Shown in pieces: positions 16,666 to 45,827 of a stretch of DNA of 64,000 bases. The stretch's first letter is position 1, and each line of letters begins with the position of its first letter. The notes under the pieces were generated by a model, which did not search any database, had not been told where the DNA came from, and saw only the letters and a program-made list of their open reading frames with translations. The stretch lies in assembly GCF_009914755.1 (NCBI RefSeq), contig NC_060927.1; one strand, 5' to 3'. Both the position numbers and the translations under genes were made by a program. The stretch is from the human T2T-CHM13v2.0 reference genome, Homo sapiens.

Positions 16666-17597
16666 AGTGAGTGCTGAGGGACGGTTGGGGGCCTTGTTTG
16701 TTTCCTCATCCTCAGGACAAACAAGAGACTGCGGTGGGCAGATGTAAGGAGACCAATGTGCAACTCTCTGCTCAGCAGAGTGTGGAGTTTCTGTTCTTGG
16801 TTGTGGTGGGGGTCTCAGAAATCTTATTCAAAATTTTGCTTTCTTCCCCCACTGGTTGTCCTTTTCATAGACATCTCACCCATGATAGCAGGGAATCAGT
16901 CCCTCTAAACTATTCCCTAAGAACAACAAAAAGATTATGAAGGTGATGATGAGGATAAAGAGGATGACGACAGACACCATGGCATCATGAACCCTTACTG
17001 AGGGCTTCCTGAAGGCCAGGCTCTGAGCTCTGTGCTCTATGCAGCTTGTTTCATTTCATCTGCATAGTCTCCATGTTATTAGCGCACATTTCATGATTAT
17101 TTTACAGACTAGAAAAGGCGCAACGGATTTTCATGTAGCTTGTACCAAATCACGAAGTCAAAAAAGGTGAAGTCCAATTTGAACCGAGCAGTCTAAGTCC
17201 AGACACATGGCATTTGGGCAGTCCTCTCCCTGCAACCAACCTGCCCTCTCAAATTCTAGTCACTCAGGCGGTTGCCCCTGCTCACTGTGCCCCTCCCTTT
17301 GGGGGTTCCTTGTAGACCACAGCTAGACCAGTGGGTGCCACAATCACTGTGTCAAGTATGGAAAGGACAGCTGAGATCACATCGAGGATTCCAGAAAGAA
17401 TTGGCACAGGATCATTCGGGACGCATCTCTCCCTTTCCCCTGTTCCTGGCTTTCTGTACAGCTCTCGACTTCCTCAAAGGAGTCATCAATTCGGAGTTTG
17501 GCTTCCATTCCTATTGAGGAAGCTGGAAAGTGTTTCAAAAATGTTCCTCCGAGGTGTCTGTGGTTAAGACCTCTGAGCTCTGCTTAAAACTTCTTGA

Positions 17598-17991
<394 letters not shown>

Positions 17992-18664
17992 TCACTTCGC
18001 CCTTTAATCCCTTTGCTCAAGACTAAAGTTCTGAGAGGAAGTCTAATCGGCTGAGTTGTGTCCATGTGGGCAGTGCAGGAAAGGGTGCAGCGGGAGGCGG
18101 CTCCAGGGACGTCTTTGGCTTCCATCATGGGGGAGCAGGCGCCTGGATTATCCACCCTAACAAATCTGGACAAAGGAAAACGATTTTCTCTGAGGAAGGA
18201 GACATAGAGCACAAGGAGCTAACCAAGAGACAAATAGTCATCCTGTCTTGTCATTTTCTTTTACACATGTGTGTACATTATCTTACACTTATCGCTTTGT
18301 TTTCTTTCTCTCCTTTAATTGCACCCTGCTGCCAAAAGTTAAAATAAAATGAAAGTATTGAGATAGCTCAGTAACTGACTTTTGGTCAATTGCGTTTTCA
18401 TATAGTGAACAGCTGCCCAAACGATTGTCTCTGTCACTGTGCAAATTTGCAAGCGTTTGCATGATCACTCCCAATCCCCCAACAAAGGGCTGTTTTACAA
18501 CACAATTTAGTTCAGTGTTTTGCTCTCTGCAACAGGGAGGTTCTCATCCATTACAGGTTGCAGTAAAAACAGGGGTACCATAAGCAACCACCTCTTTCCT
18601 CAACGATGTGATGAAAGCAAAAGCCAAGTATCTTCATGTATCCAACGTAAAAATATAAAAAGTT

Positions 18665-19150
18665 ACGCCCGTCGGCTGCAGTTGGAGCTATGGCGGCGGC
18701 AGCTGTCACTGGGCCTAGCCCGGGGTGTGGACCTGGGGACTCCCCAGAAGGGCCCGAGGGGGAGGCTCACGGAGCGTCGGCGGAAGGCACACAGGATGTT
18801 AAAGCTTTACAACGGCCTCTCGGAAGGGGAGGCGGTGAGACTCCTCGCGGGGACCGACCCCCTGGACCCCACTGATCTGAACGGGGCACACTTCAACCCG
18901 GAAGTTTACCTAGACAAGCTGCCTAGAGAGTGCCCTCTGGCCCAGCTGATGGACAGTGAGACGGACATGGTGCAGCAGATCCGGGCTCTAGACAGCGACA
19001 TGCAAACCCTGGTCTATGAGAACTACGATAAGTTCATCCCCGCCACAGAAATTGACAAACAGCATAAAACTGTATGAGGAATTGCAGGAGACCCAGAATT
19101 TACCAAATAACCTTATAAAAGAGAATAAAGTTGGAAGACTCACAAAAAAA
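18665..19150 (+). pseudogene. VPS51P: Truncated processed pseudogene of VPS51 (N-terminal ~118 codons, frameshifted) with an L1-like 3' extension and poly-A
   Basis: ATG at 18690, [26 protein letters not shown], then in another frame [21 protein letters not shown]...[19 protein letters not shown]...[20 protein letters not shown], matching the recalled VPS51 N-terminus; intronless. Confidence 0.9.
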
Positions 19151-19557
19151 TACATATATATATGTATATATATATCAAGATGTGTTTTTGTTCAGTTGTA
19201 AATGTTTAGTAATTTCTATTGTGATTTTTCATTTAACTCATGAAAAGATATTTTTAATTTTCCAAATGTATGCTTGTGTTTAGCTATCTTCTTGCTGTTG
19301 ACTTCTAATTTTGTTGCATTATGGTCAGGAAAATGTGGTCTGGACAATGTCAATCGTATAGTGGATTTTGTTGAGACTTCTTTATGGCCTAATATGTGGC
19401 CAGTTTTTTTTTTTTTTTTTGCAAATTTGCCACATGTGGTTAAAAGGAATGTGGATTATTTGGGTTTTTTTGGAGAGTTTTTATTTTTAAATAGATAAGG
19501 TTTTCAGTGTAATTGAAATCTAGCTTCAATTAACAATATGCTAGATCTCTCAAACCT

Positions 19558-19945
19558 TAGGATGTTAGTCAGTGTAAGAATAGACTGCTGCTGAGACGAA
19601 TAAACCCTGAACTCTCAGTGGGTTGACACCCATAGCATAGTCTGGTGCAGGGCAGGGGTTCTCCTTGGGGGCCCTTGTCCAATAGTGATTCAGAGATTCT
19701 GGAGGTTTCCATCTTTTAGTCTGCCATCTCAGAGTTTTTCACTTGTAGCCATATGGATAGGAAGAGAGGGAACATAGCTCACACTTGCCTTTGATAACCT
19801 TGGCCCAGAAGGGATTTCTTACATTCCTATTGGCGGAAATGCAGTCACATGGTTCCAAACTAACTGCAAGTGAGGCTGGGAAATGTAGTCTTTCTGCATG
19901 CCCAGGAAGAGGAATGGTGTGAACATAGCATTGTCTTTGACACAC
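19558..19945. mobile_element. Old MaLR LTR (MLT1-like), preceded by an old L1 fragment (~19170-19480, minus)
   Basis: ctaactgcaagtgaggctgggaaatgtagtc is a typical MLT1 motif. Confidence 0.6.
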
Positions 19946-20354
19946 TAAGTATGTGCTAAAGAGTTCTTACTCTTATAGGAGGTTTGTCTGTCCTGTGTAA
20001 CTTTCTCAGTTTTTGCTTAGATAGTTTCAGGCAATGTTGTTTGGTGCATTCAGCTTGATGATTATTATGTCCTCTTGGCAAAGTAGTCAAGATTCCCATC
20101 AGTTTGAATGAAAGTGTTTTACAAATTGGTCAGGAAATGTTAATACTTTAAAAGGCCCTTCTATTCCTCCACTCTACAGATAAGAACAACAGAGTCCTAG
20201 AGAGAGGAGATCATGGGTCTCTCTCATGAGTGGCAGAATTGAAACCAACATGGCAGTAACTTTGCCTTCCCCCATCATGTTGTTCTCCCTCTATATTCAC
20301 TCTGCTGATTTCTTCATTTGCTCCATACAGACCTCCCAGTGCCAAGTGTGTAAG

Positions 20355-21746
20355 TGTGTCCGGAATTGGTGGGTTCTTGGCCTCACTGACTTCAAGAATG
20401 AAGCCGCAGACCCTCCTGGTGAGTGTTACAGTTCTTAAAGGTGGCGTGTCTGGAGTTTGTTCCTTCTGATGTTCGGATGTGTTTGAAGTTTCTTCCTTCT
20501 GGTGGGGTTTGTGGTTTCGCTGGTTCAGGAGTGAAGCTGCAGACCTTCATGGAGAGTGTTACTGCTCTTAAGGCTGCACGTCTGGAGTTGTTCATTTCTC
20601 CTGGTGGGTTCATGGTCTCGCTGGCTTCAGGAGTGAAGCTGCAGACCTTCTCGGTGTTACAGCTCATAAAGGCAGTGTGGACCCAAAGAGTGAGCAGCAA
20701 GAAGATTTATTGCAAAGAGCAAAAGAACAAAGCTTCCACAGTGTGGAAGGGGACTCCAGCAGGTTGCCACTGCTGGCTCGGGCAGCCTGCTTTTATTCTC
20801 TTACCTGGCCCCACCCACATCCTGCTGATTGGTCCATTTTACAGAGAGCCTGAGTGGTCTGTTTTGACAGGACACTGATTGGTGCGTTTACAATCCCTGA
20901 GCTAGACACAATGGCTCCCCACGTCCCCACTAGATTAGCTAGATACAGAGTGTCCACACAAAGGTTCTCCAAGTCCCCACCATAATGGCTAGATACAGAG
21001 TGTTGATTGTTGCATTCACAAACCCTGAGCTAGACACAGGGTGCTGATTGTTGTGTTTACAAACCTTGAGCTAGATACAGAGTGCCGATTGGTGTATTTA
21101 TAATCCCTTAGCTAGACATAAAGGTTCTACAAGTCCCCAGCAGACTCAGGAGCACAGCTGGCTTCACCCAGTGGATCCCGCACAGGAGCTGCAGGTGGAG
21201 CTGCCGGCCAGTCCCTCTCCGTGTGCCCACACTCTTCATCCCTTGGGTGGTCGATGGGACTGGGTGCCATGGAGCAGGGGGCGGTGCTCGTCGGGGAGGC
21301 TCGGGCCGCACAGGAGCCCACGGAGGGGGGAGGCTAAGGAATGGCGGGCTGCAGGTCCCGAGCCCTGCCCCGCGGGGAGGCAGCTAAGGCCCGGCGAGAA
21401 GTCGAGCACAGCAGCTGCTGGCCCAGGTGCCAAGCCCCTCACTGCCCGGGCTGGCCAGGCTGGCCGGCAGATCCTAGTGCGGGGCTGCCAAGCCCACGCC
21501 CACCCGGAACTCCAGCCGGCAGGCAAGTAGCGCGCATAGCCCCGGTTCCGGCTCACGTCTCTCTCTCCACACCTCCCTGCGAGCTGAGGGAGCCAGCTCC
21601 GACCTTGGCCAGCCCAGAAAGGGGCTTCCACCGTGCAGCTGCGGGCTGAAGGGCTCCTCAAGTGCCGCCAAAGTGGGAGCCCAGGTAGAGGAGGCATCGA
21701 GAGCGAACGAGGGCTGTGAGGGCTGCCAGCATGCTGTCACCTCTCA
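20355..21746 (-). mobile_element. Solo ERV9 LTR (LTR12C-like)
   Basis: Minus strand reads TGAGAGGTGACAGCATGCTGGC...ccaattccggacaca; tandem ctgattggt (CCAAT) enhancer repeats at ~20820-21110; 4-bp TSD taag at 20351-20354 and 21747-21750. Confidence 0.93.
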
Positions 21747-22949
21747 TAAGGAGTGATTAATCTGAGCTTCTCCAGAAAGTCCATTCCTGGTAGGCACTGG
21801 GAATAAGAAATCTCAGAGTATAAAAAAACATCAACTGGTAGTACTTTTGTGAATGGCTCCCAAATTAGATCCTTTACTTTTTTTTTTCATGAAGCACAGT
21901 TGCCCAAAACACGCTTAGCCTGAGATGAAGCGCATATTAGAGAAAGTTTCTCTCTATAGCATTATGTATTACTCGAATGAGCATTAAAAAGAGGAGACGG
22001 GACATGCTCTCTCTAGCTATTATTACCTCCACTATAGAGTTGACATACACAAGCTCATTATTGCATTATGTTTTATTCAACAAAATAATGTTGAAGCTTA
22101 TATTGAATTCTCTAAAACATCTTTGTCTCCAGCATAGTGTGCCTCAAGTGTCTCCTTGGTGCCTGAATTTTCTCCAGAATTATAGTGCTGAAGCTATGGA
22201 AATGGTGAAATTATATGCAATCTGCAAAACAATGTGGCTATAACGTGGTAATTGGCCTTCCACATAATTAAAGGAACATTTCCTCATCAGAGCTGTTCCA
22301 TCAGAGACCCAAAGGCTATCGTTATACAAATCACCCACTTAGGAAAACCTTTATTCCCAGTAGCCTATAAAAATCTGGTTATGCAAACAGATTTGCTTAT
22401 TCAGTAACATTAATGGCTTCTCATAGTTAAAAAGTCATCAATGTGATTGACCTATAATCTGTTTCCTCTGTGACCAAGTGTCATTTTTATTTTGACAGTT
22501 AGGAGCCTTTTGACTCTTTCACAGCTGGCATGAAGGTACAGGGAGGGAAATCTCAAAAACCAACAACCTGTGTATTCCCAGCCTATTAATCAATAGAAAA
22601 TCACTTCAACTGGATTAGGGTCTTGTACCTGGCAGAAAGGCTGTTATGGACATTGGAATTGGATTTTTACACTAGATATGTCACCTCTTTGCGTCAGATC
22701 ACATTCGTTTTTGATAGACTCTTGCCGAAAAATTGCTCCAGGGTCTGTGCAGTAGCTAAAGCCTTTTTGTTGTTGTTGTTGTTTTAAAAGCAGCATTCAA
22801 TGTTTTCATGAAGACCTTCCCCGCAGTGATTTCATTGGGAATATGGTCTTTAGCTCTGGTCCTGAATAACTCACACTGAGGAAACCTCTAACAAGTGTTT
22901 TATTGGAAGATGTCTGATGGATGGTTGGTTTTAATAACGAATCTCTTCC

Positions 22950-25945
<2,996 letters not shown>

Positions 25946-26034
25946 TTATGGCTTTGCCGGCTGCCAGTGGAGCCATCCGCTCTGCACAGCCGTGCAAGGG
26001 TGTTTTGAAAAGTGGCTCAGCCGGCCAGGAGTGA

Positions 26035-26379
<345 letters not shown>

Positions 26380-26819
26380 TGACCTCGTGATCTGCCCGCC
26401 TTGGCTTCCCAAAGTGCTAGGATTACAGGCGTGAGCCACTGTGCCTGGTCAAACATAAACTTACTTTCTTACCTCTTCTGCTGAACTCTATTTGCTTCTT
26501 TTCTCAACTTCTGCTGAACTCTATTTTGCTTCTTTTTTTCTGGATAAAGCTCTTCTTTATCCAGAAGAGCTTTTAGCAACAAAGTTAACCAATGCCCTTC
26601 CCTAGTCTCTCCTTGCAACTGGCTCTCAGCGGGGGGGTGGGGGGGTTAGGAGGAAATCCTTGACAGAACCAATTTACATGACTGTTTGGAGGACTCTCGC
26701 TAGCTCCAGGAGGTGTTTGCATTTTTAAATTGGTTACTAGTGTCAGAATGTTTCATGAGTAAGAGCACAGCCTCTAAGTTGGATAACCTGAATTTAAATC
26801 TCAACATAGACATTTTGTA

Positions 26820-27330
26820 TATAACCAGAGGATGGATTTGGGGACCGAATGGACCTACCATGACATGAACTTGCACCAACATTCACCTGACTTCCAAAAT
26901 GTCTTTTCTGACTGGTAGACCCTAGTCTCGCCCTAGTGCCAGTTCAGAGCCTGTGTCCAGTGATCCTGCACAGGTCCCATTAGTTCCTTTTCTACTATTC
27001 AGTCATCCTGGTAAAAGGCTGTGTATTCCCTTGGGGGCAGGCTGGGAGAAAGATTGATAGTATTAATTTGTGGCATTGGAGCAGAGTCCTTTCTGGAGGG
27101 GACCTGGCTTCCCATTCAGACAAGGGACTCCGGGTCTGTGAACTGGCTTATGTCTGGGAATTGACTGGGGACTGTGACTCTGTTTTTATGATTTAGATTA
27201 GACTTCTGCTCACCTGACCTAGAACTCTTCTGCAAACACAGATCCAGTAAAAATGTGGCAGGCTTCTTATCTATTTCACTTCTAGGAATGCCATGATCAG
27301 CTGGCACCATATGTCTCTGCGAGTCAGGCT
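26820..27330 (-). mobile_element. ERVL (HERV-L-like) gag-pro fragment, copy A
   Basis: DHGIPRSEIDKKPATFLLDL...SQFPDISQFTDPESL and VGPFGPQIHPLVI resemble HERV-L gag C-terminus and protease. Confidence 0.75.
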
Positions 27331-29184
27331 ATTCTGGCTGCAGCTTTGACTCTGCTGTCTTTTATGGTAACTTCATCCACCTTGCCTTTGGGGATTGAGT
27401 GCTCTGATCACTTGGCCCCAGCCTCTGTAGTGTGCCTATGTCACTTACCCTCTTTATACCTCAGTTTCCTTCTCTATAAAATGGGCATCCTCATTGCACC
27501 TACCCCCAGGGCTGCTGTGAGGTATAGATGGATTAGCATATGGAAAGTAATAGAAGAGGGACTCAAAGCCCATGTGTTCTTATCAGAATTATTTCGTGAC
27601 AGGGGAGAGCTGGAGGAGAGAGGAAGGTGCTGAGCAGACCCATGTGCTCCCCCACCAGTGATTCCTGAGCACCTACTATGTGCTGCCCACTGTGAGAGCT
27701 GTTAGGGTTGAAATAGGGAGCACAGCAGGGTAGGGGCTGCAATCAGGAGCTTAGTGGGGAGACCATTCTGTAACATGTTTCCAGAGCTTGGGGTGGGGAA
27801 GCTCAGGGAGTACAGGGACCTAGGATCCTGGGCAGAATCATGGAAAGGACACAGCCTCCCCAGCCTCTCCTGCCTCCACTGCCTCCCTGGCCTCCTCTGC
27901 TTCCCTGGCCTCTCCTGCCTTCCTGGCTTCCCCTTCCACCCCGGCCCTCCCCAGTCTCCCCTGTCTCTCCTGCTTTTGAGGTGGGCCAGGAGATGCTGGT
28001 GCTCACTTAGCCTGTCCTGGACTCTGGGTGTAGCATTTCGATGTCCAGAAAATACCCCCGGGTTCAGCTCATCACACAACCAAGGAAGGAGCTCCACACT
28101 GACACTAAGGGTGCATCCTGGGCTCATTCATCAGGGCATGCCTCCAAAATATTTCTCCACGTCTCCTCCCTTTGCCCACCTGCATTGTCTCTGTGCCTCA
28201 GCCCTGGCTGGGGGCCTGCAAGGATCCCCTATCTCCTCTGCCCCTGCACAGCTGGGTCCCAGGCAATCTGTCCCCCCACCACACCTCTCTCACCTTGCCC
28301 ACCATGCTCCAGCCCCACAGTCCTCTTTCTGCTTCTTTCCCAGCCTCTGGGCTTTTGCACACGCTGTTCCTTCTGCCTGAACACCCTCCACTGGGCTGAG
28401 AACAACTCTCTGAGACCTCTCTCAGCTGTTGTTTCCTTTGGAATAGCCGCTGCTGCTGGCCCTCTCCCAGCTCCAAGACCTGCTGAGCCTCCTGTCTTTT
28501 TTAGTTCCCATGCCCCCAGCACTTCTTCTTGGCCTCCTTTTGCCCAATTGACAATGTCCATTCTCAATGCCTTCTCACCCAGCACTGAGCCCCACTGGGT
28601 GAAGGCAACGCCTGTCATGTTCACCACAATATCCCCTCCCCCATCATCACGCCTGGTCCACAGAGATGCTCAAAAAAGATCTGTTGGTAGGCAATGCGAA
28701 GGTGCATTCATGTCATCCTGCAGGCGGAATTCTCCACGAGTTTTGAGCAGCCTCAGTTTTCCCACCACCTCCAAATCATGGAAGACGCAGGGTAAGAGCA
28801 AAGACAAGGTGGCTGTGGCCGATGTCCACCCTCTCAGGGCGTCCCTTCTCTTCTCTCCTCCTTGGGCAGGGAGACCATCGGGGTGCAACCTGGCTGGGGC
28901 GGGGAGGAGGTGCAGGGCCTGGCCAGAGCGGGCCTGGCCACGGGCAAGGGACAGCGACCTCCTGGGCCAGGACAGGTGAGCGCAGCGCAGGCCCGGGCCC
29001 GGCGTGTCCGCGGTGCGCGTGAGCGGCCAGCAGAGAGCCAGGAGCGGCCCGCGGAGGAGCCCGATGCCCAGCTCCGCGCCGCGCGGACCCACCGAGCCCG
29101 CGCTCAGACGCCCCAGCTCCGCTGACAGGCCGCTCGCGCCGGGTCCTTCCTCTTCTCCAAGTGCAGGCAGAGCCCCCGGAGACG

Positions 29185-31766
<2,582 letters not shown>

Positions 31767-32264
31767 GTAAAAGCATCCAGGGTTGAAACCAGATCAGGAA
31801 GGTTATTGTCAGCCTGGGGTGCCTGTAGAGGTGCATCCACGTTGCAGGTATTTTCCCTTCTTGCTGAGGAGAAACCTGGGTTTCTCAGCTTTGGCACAGT
31901 CACAACACTTGGGGTCAGACCATTCGTGGTGGTGGTGAGTGGGGGGCGTCCTGTGTATTGTAGGATGGTTAGCAGCATCTCTGGTCTCCATCCTCTAGGT
32001 GCCATTCTACCCTCCCAGCTATGGCTACCCCAGATGTCTCCAGATGCTTTCAAATGCTGTGGGGCAAGGGAGTGGTACGTGAGCAAAACTACCCCAGTTG
32101 AGAGCCATTGGTCTACACTTGTGGAAATGTTTGAGGGTGAGAGTGTTGAGCTCGGGTCCCTGCTGTACCCTTTATGAGCAATGCAGTCTTGGAAAATTAA
32201 TAGGACTCCAGGGGCCTCAGTTTTCTCTCTATAAAATGGAGATAAATGAGATACACTTTCATAG

Positions 32265-32555
<291 letters not shown>

Positions 32556-32944
32556 TGACTTCGTGATCTGCCCGCCTCGGCCTTCCCAAGTGCTGGTATC
32601 ACAGGCGTGAGCCACCGTGCCTGGCCAAACATAAACTTACTTTCTTACCTCTTCTGATGAACTCTATTTGCTTCTTTTCCCAAATGTCTTTATCCAGAAG
32701 AGCTTTTAGCAACAAAGTTACCCAATGCCCTTCCCTAGTCTCTCCTTGCAACTGGCTCTCAGCAGGGGGTGGGAGGAAATCCTTGACAGAACCAATTTAC
32801 ATGACTGTTTGGAGGACTCTGGCTAGCCCCAGGAGGTGTTTGCATTTTTAAATTGGTTACTAGTGTCAGAATGTTTCATGAGTAAGAGCCCAGCCTCTAT
32901 GTTGGAGGCCCTGAATTTGAATCTCAGCATTGCCGCTTTGTATA

Positions 32945-33455
32945 TAACCAGAGGATGGATTTGGGGACCCAATGGATCTACCATGACATGAACTTGCACC
33001 AACATTCACCTGACCTCCAAAATGCCTATTCTGACTGGTAGACCCTAGTCTCATCGTAGTGCCAGTTCAGAGCCTGTGTCCAGTGATCCTGCACAGGTCT
33101 CATTAGTTCCTTTTCTCCTGTTTAGTCATCCTGGTAAAAGGCTGTGTATTCCCTTGGGGGCAGGCTGGGAGAAAGATTGATAGTATAAATTTTTGGCAGT
33201 GGAGCAGAGTCCTTTCTGGAGGCGACCTGGCTTCCCATTCAGACAAGGGACTTCGGGTATGTGAACTGGCTTATGTCTGGAAATTGACGGGAGACTGTGA
33301 CTCTGTTTTTATGATTCACATTAGACTTCTGCTCACCTGACCTAGAACTCTTCTGCAAACACAGATCCAGTAAAAATGTGGCAGGCTTCTTATCTATTTC
33401 ACTTCTAGGAAAGCCACGATCAGCTGGCACCATATGTCTCTGCGAGTCAGGCTAT
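32945..33455 (-). mobile_element. ERVL (HERV-L-like) gag-pro fragment, copy B
   Basis: Duplicate of 26820-27330. Confidence 0.75.
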
Positions 33456-35325
33456 TCTGGCTGCAGCTTTGACTCTGCTGTCTTTTACGGTAACTGCATC
33501 CACCTTGCCTTTGGGGATTGAGTGCTCTGATCACTTGGCCCCAGCCCCTGTAGTGTGCCTATGTCACTTACCCTCTTTATACCTCAGTCTCCTCCTCTGT
33601 AAAATGGGCATCCTAATAGCACCCACCCCCAGGGCTGCTGTGAGGTATAGATGGATTAGCATATGGAAAGTAATCGAAGAGGATCTCAAAGTCCATGTGT
33701 CGTTATCAGAATTATTTCATGATGGGGAGAGCTGGAGGAGAGAAGAAGGTGCTGAGCAGACCCATGTGCTCTCCCATCAGTGTTTCCTGAGCACCTTCTA
33801 TGTGCTGCCCACTGTGAGAGCTGTTAGGGTTGAAATAGGGAGCACAGCAGGGTAGGGGCTGCCATCAGGAGCTTAGTGAGGAGACCATTGTGCAACATGG
33901 TTCCAACACTTGGGGTGGGGAAGCTCAGGGAGTACAGGGGCCTAGGATCCTGGGCAGAATCATGGAAAGGACACAGCCTCCCCAGCCTCTCCTGCCTCCA
34001 CTGCCTCCCTGGCCTCCTCTACTTCTCTGGCCTCTCCTGCCTTCCTGGCTTCCCCTTCCGCCCTGGCCTCCCCAGTCTCCCCTGTCTCTCCTGCTTTTGA
34101 GGTAGTCCAGGAGCTGCTGGTGCTCACTTAACCTGTCTTGGACTCTTGGTGTAGCACCTCAGTGTCCAGAAAATACCCCCGAGTTCAGCACATCACACAG
34201 CCAAGGAAGGAGCTCCACACTGACACTAAGGGTGCATCCTAGGCTCATTCATCAGGGCATGCCTCCAAAATATTTCTCCACGTCTCCTCCCTTTGCCCAC
34301 CTGCATTGTCTCTGTGCCTCAGCCCTGGCTGGGGACCTGCAAGGATCCCCTATCTCCTCTGCCCCTGCACGGCTGGGTCCCAGGTAATCTGTCTGCCCAC
34401 CATACCTTTCTCCTCTTGCCCACCACGCTCCAGCCCCACAGTCCTCTTTCTGCTTCTTTCCCAGCCTCTGGGCTTTTGCACACACTGTCCCTTCTGCCTG
34501 AACACCCTCCACTGGGCTGAGAACAACTCTCTGAGACCTCTCTCAGCTGTTGTTTCCTTTGGAACAGCCACTGCTGCTGGCCCTCTCCCAGCTCCAAGAC
34601 CTGCTGAGCCTCCTGTCTTTTTCAGTTCCCATGCACCCAGCACTTCTTCTTGGCCTCCTTTTGCCCAATTGACAATGTCCATTCTCAATGCCTTCTCACC
34701 CAGCACTGAGCCCCACTGGGTGAAGGCAATGCCTGTCATGTCCACCACAATATCCCCTCCCCCATCACCACACCTGGTCCACAGAGATGCTCAAAAAAGA
34801 TCTGTTGGTAGGCAATGCGAAGGTGCATTCATGTCATCCTGCAGGCAGAATTCTCCACGAGTTTTGAGCAGCCTCGGTTTTCCCACCACCTCCAAATCAT
34901 GGAAGACACAGGGTAAGAGCAAAGACAAGGTGGCTGTGGCCGATGTCCACCCTCTCGGGGCGTCCCTTCTCTTCTCTCCTCCTTGGGCAGGGAGACCATC
35001 GGGGTGCAACCTGGCTGGGGCGGGGAGGAGGTGCAGGGCCTGGCCAGAGCGGGCCTGGCCACAGGCAGGGGACAGCGACTGCTTGGGCCTGGGCAGGTGA
35101 GCGCAGCGCAGGCCAGGGCCCGGCGTGTCCGCGGTGCGCGCGGGCAGCCAGCAGAGGGCGCCAGAGAGCCAGGAGCGGCCCGCGGAGGAGTCCGCGCCCG
35201 CCCTGATGCCCAGCTCCGCGCCGCGCGGACCCACCGAGCCCGCGTTCAGACGCCCCAGCTCCGCCGACAGGCCGCTCGCGCCGGGTCCTTCCTCTTCCCC
35301 AGGTGCAGGCAGAGCCCCCAGAGCC

Positions 35326-40679
<5,354 letters not shown>

Positions 40680-40949
40680 GTGAATGGTCAAGTCTGACCT
40701 CAGGGCTGACAGTGTCAGGCAAGGACAGGAAGTTGACGTTGGACTCATTGGCTGAGGTTGCTTGGGACCCAGGGGGCAACGTGTGCCAGGACAGATGGGT
40801 CTGGGGCTAGGAAGGCAGGTTTGGGCTGGAGACTTGGGCTGGGGACGCATCCCAGGTAGGCAGTGGTTGAGGCTGTGGAAATGACCACGATTGCCTGGGA
40901 TGAGAGTGGAGACAGACAAGATGGGGGTTTTGCTCTAAGCCTGGGGAAC

Positions 40950-43170
<2,221 letters not shown>

Positions 43171-43946
43171 GGGGGAAAAAATGCTTATCTTTGTACCCCG
43201 ACAGTCTTAGATTAAGAGGACTTTGTACCACCCTGACGTCCCAGGCAGCCGTGAGTCCAGCCACCCCTGAAATGTACACAAGTCTGGGCTAGGGTTGCAG
43301 CAGGTGATTCCCAATTTTGCAGGTCTTTGGTATCAGGGGCACAACCCAGGATTTTGAGTGGGGTCTCCTCACCACTGTGGCTGGGCACTGGGCTAGTGTG
43401 CTTTCTGATTTTTGTATGGGGAAGAGAAAGGAGGGAGGAAATGGCAACTTGTTGCCCTGTTCTAACATTTTCCTAAGATGGGTCTCCAGGTAAGGGCTTG
43501 GGATCTCACCTTGCACAGCTTACAAAACCCAGTGAGGCCAGCTGTCTTGGCGCTGCCACTCTGAGGGATGGAGCCCCCAAATTACTAGGAAGGGAGATAA
43601 AAGAATGGTTTCTGCAAGCACAAGAAGTGGCGTTATTGAAATTAACATTTCCCCCAAGTTTTATAATGTCTAGGCATGCATATTTAAGTGTCTGTCTCAA
43701 AGGCTCTTGCCAATAACCAGATGGTACATTTAATTTCCTTTTTTTTTGTTCTCTGAGCAACATGCAGCTTCCTGCACAGCCCTCCTTGCAGGCAACTGCA
43801 CTGAGGTGACAGTCCTCCTGACTGCCAGCACAGATCCCCAGGGCCTCTGAGAGCCCTGTATTCTGGGGGCAGCCTTTCCCCCTTCTATTTGGCCCCAGCT
43901 GGAAGGGGGCAGGTTACCCACAGGGCTCCTGCCTTAGCTTAGCTTA

Positions 43947-45445
<1,499 letters not shown>

Positions 45446-45539
45446 AAAAACAAAACATCCTCTTGATTTGCTTTTCTTGATCTTGCTTCTCAGAGGTAAC
45501 ACTGGCAAGGGTTGGGGTATACCTCTCCACACCTTTTTC

Positions 45540-45827
45540 TTTGATTTCTTTTTATTTTTTATTCTACATTCTGAGATACATGTGCTGAATGTGCAGGTTT
45601 GTTACATAGATATACATGTGCCATGGTGGTTTACTGCACCTATCAACCCGTCATCTAGGTTTTAAGCCCCGCATGCATTAGGTATTTGTCCTAACACTCT
45701 TCCACCCCTTGTCCCTCACCCCCGACAGGCCCCGGTGTGTGATGTTCCCCTCCCTGTGTCCATGTGTTCTCATTTTTCAACTCCCACTTATGAGTGAGAA
45801 CCCGCAGAGTTTGGTTTTCTGTTCCTG
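45540..45827 (-). mobile_element. 5'-truncated L1PA 3' end
   Basis: gtgcaggtttgttacatag...ctcccacttatgagtgagaac; TSD tccacaccttttt at 45526-45538 and 45828-45840. Confidence 0.9.

Noticed and set aside
18520-19077. 185-aa ORF as a novel gene
   Set aside because: Starts at a non-ATG codon in unrelated DNA and runs into the frameshifted VPS51 retrocopy
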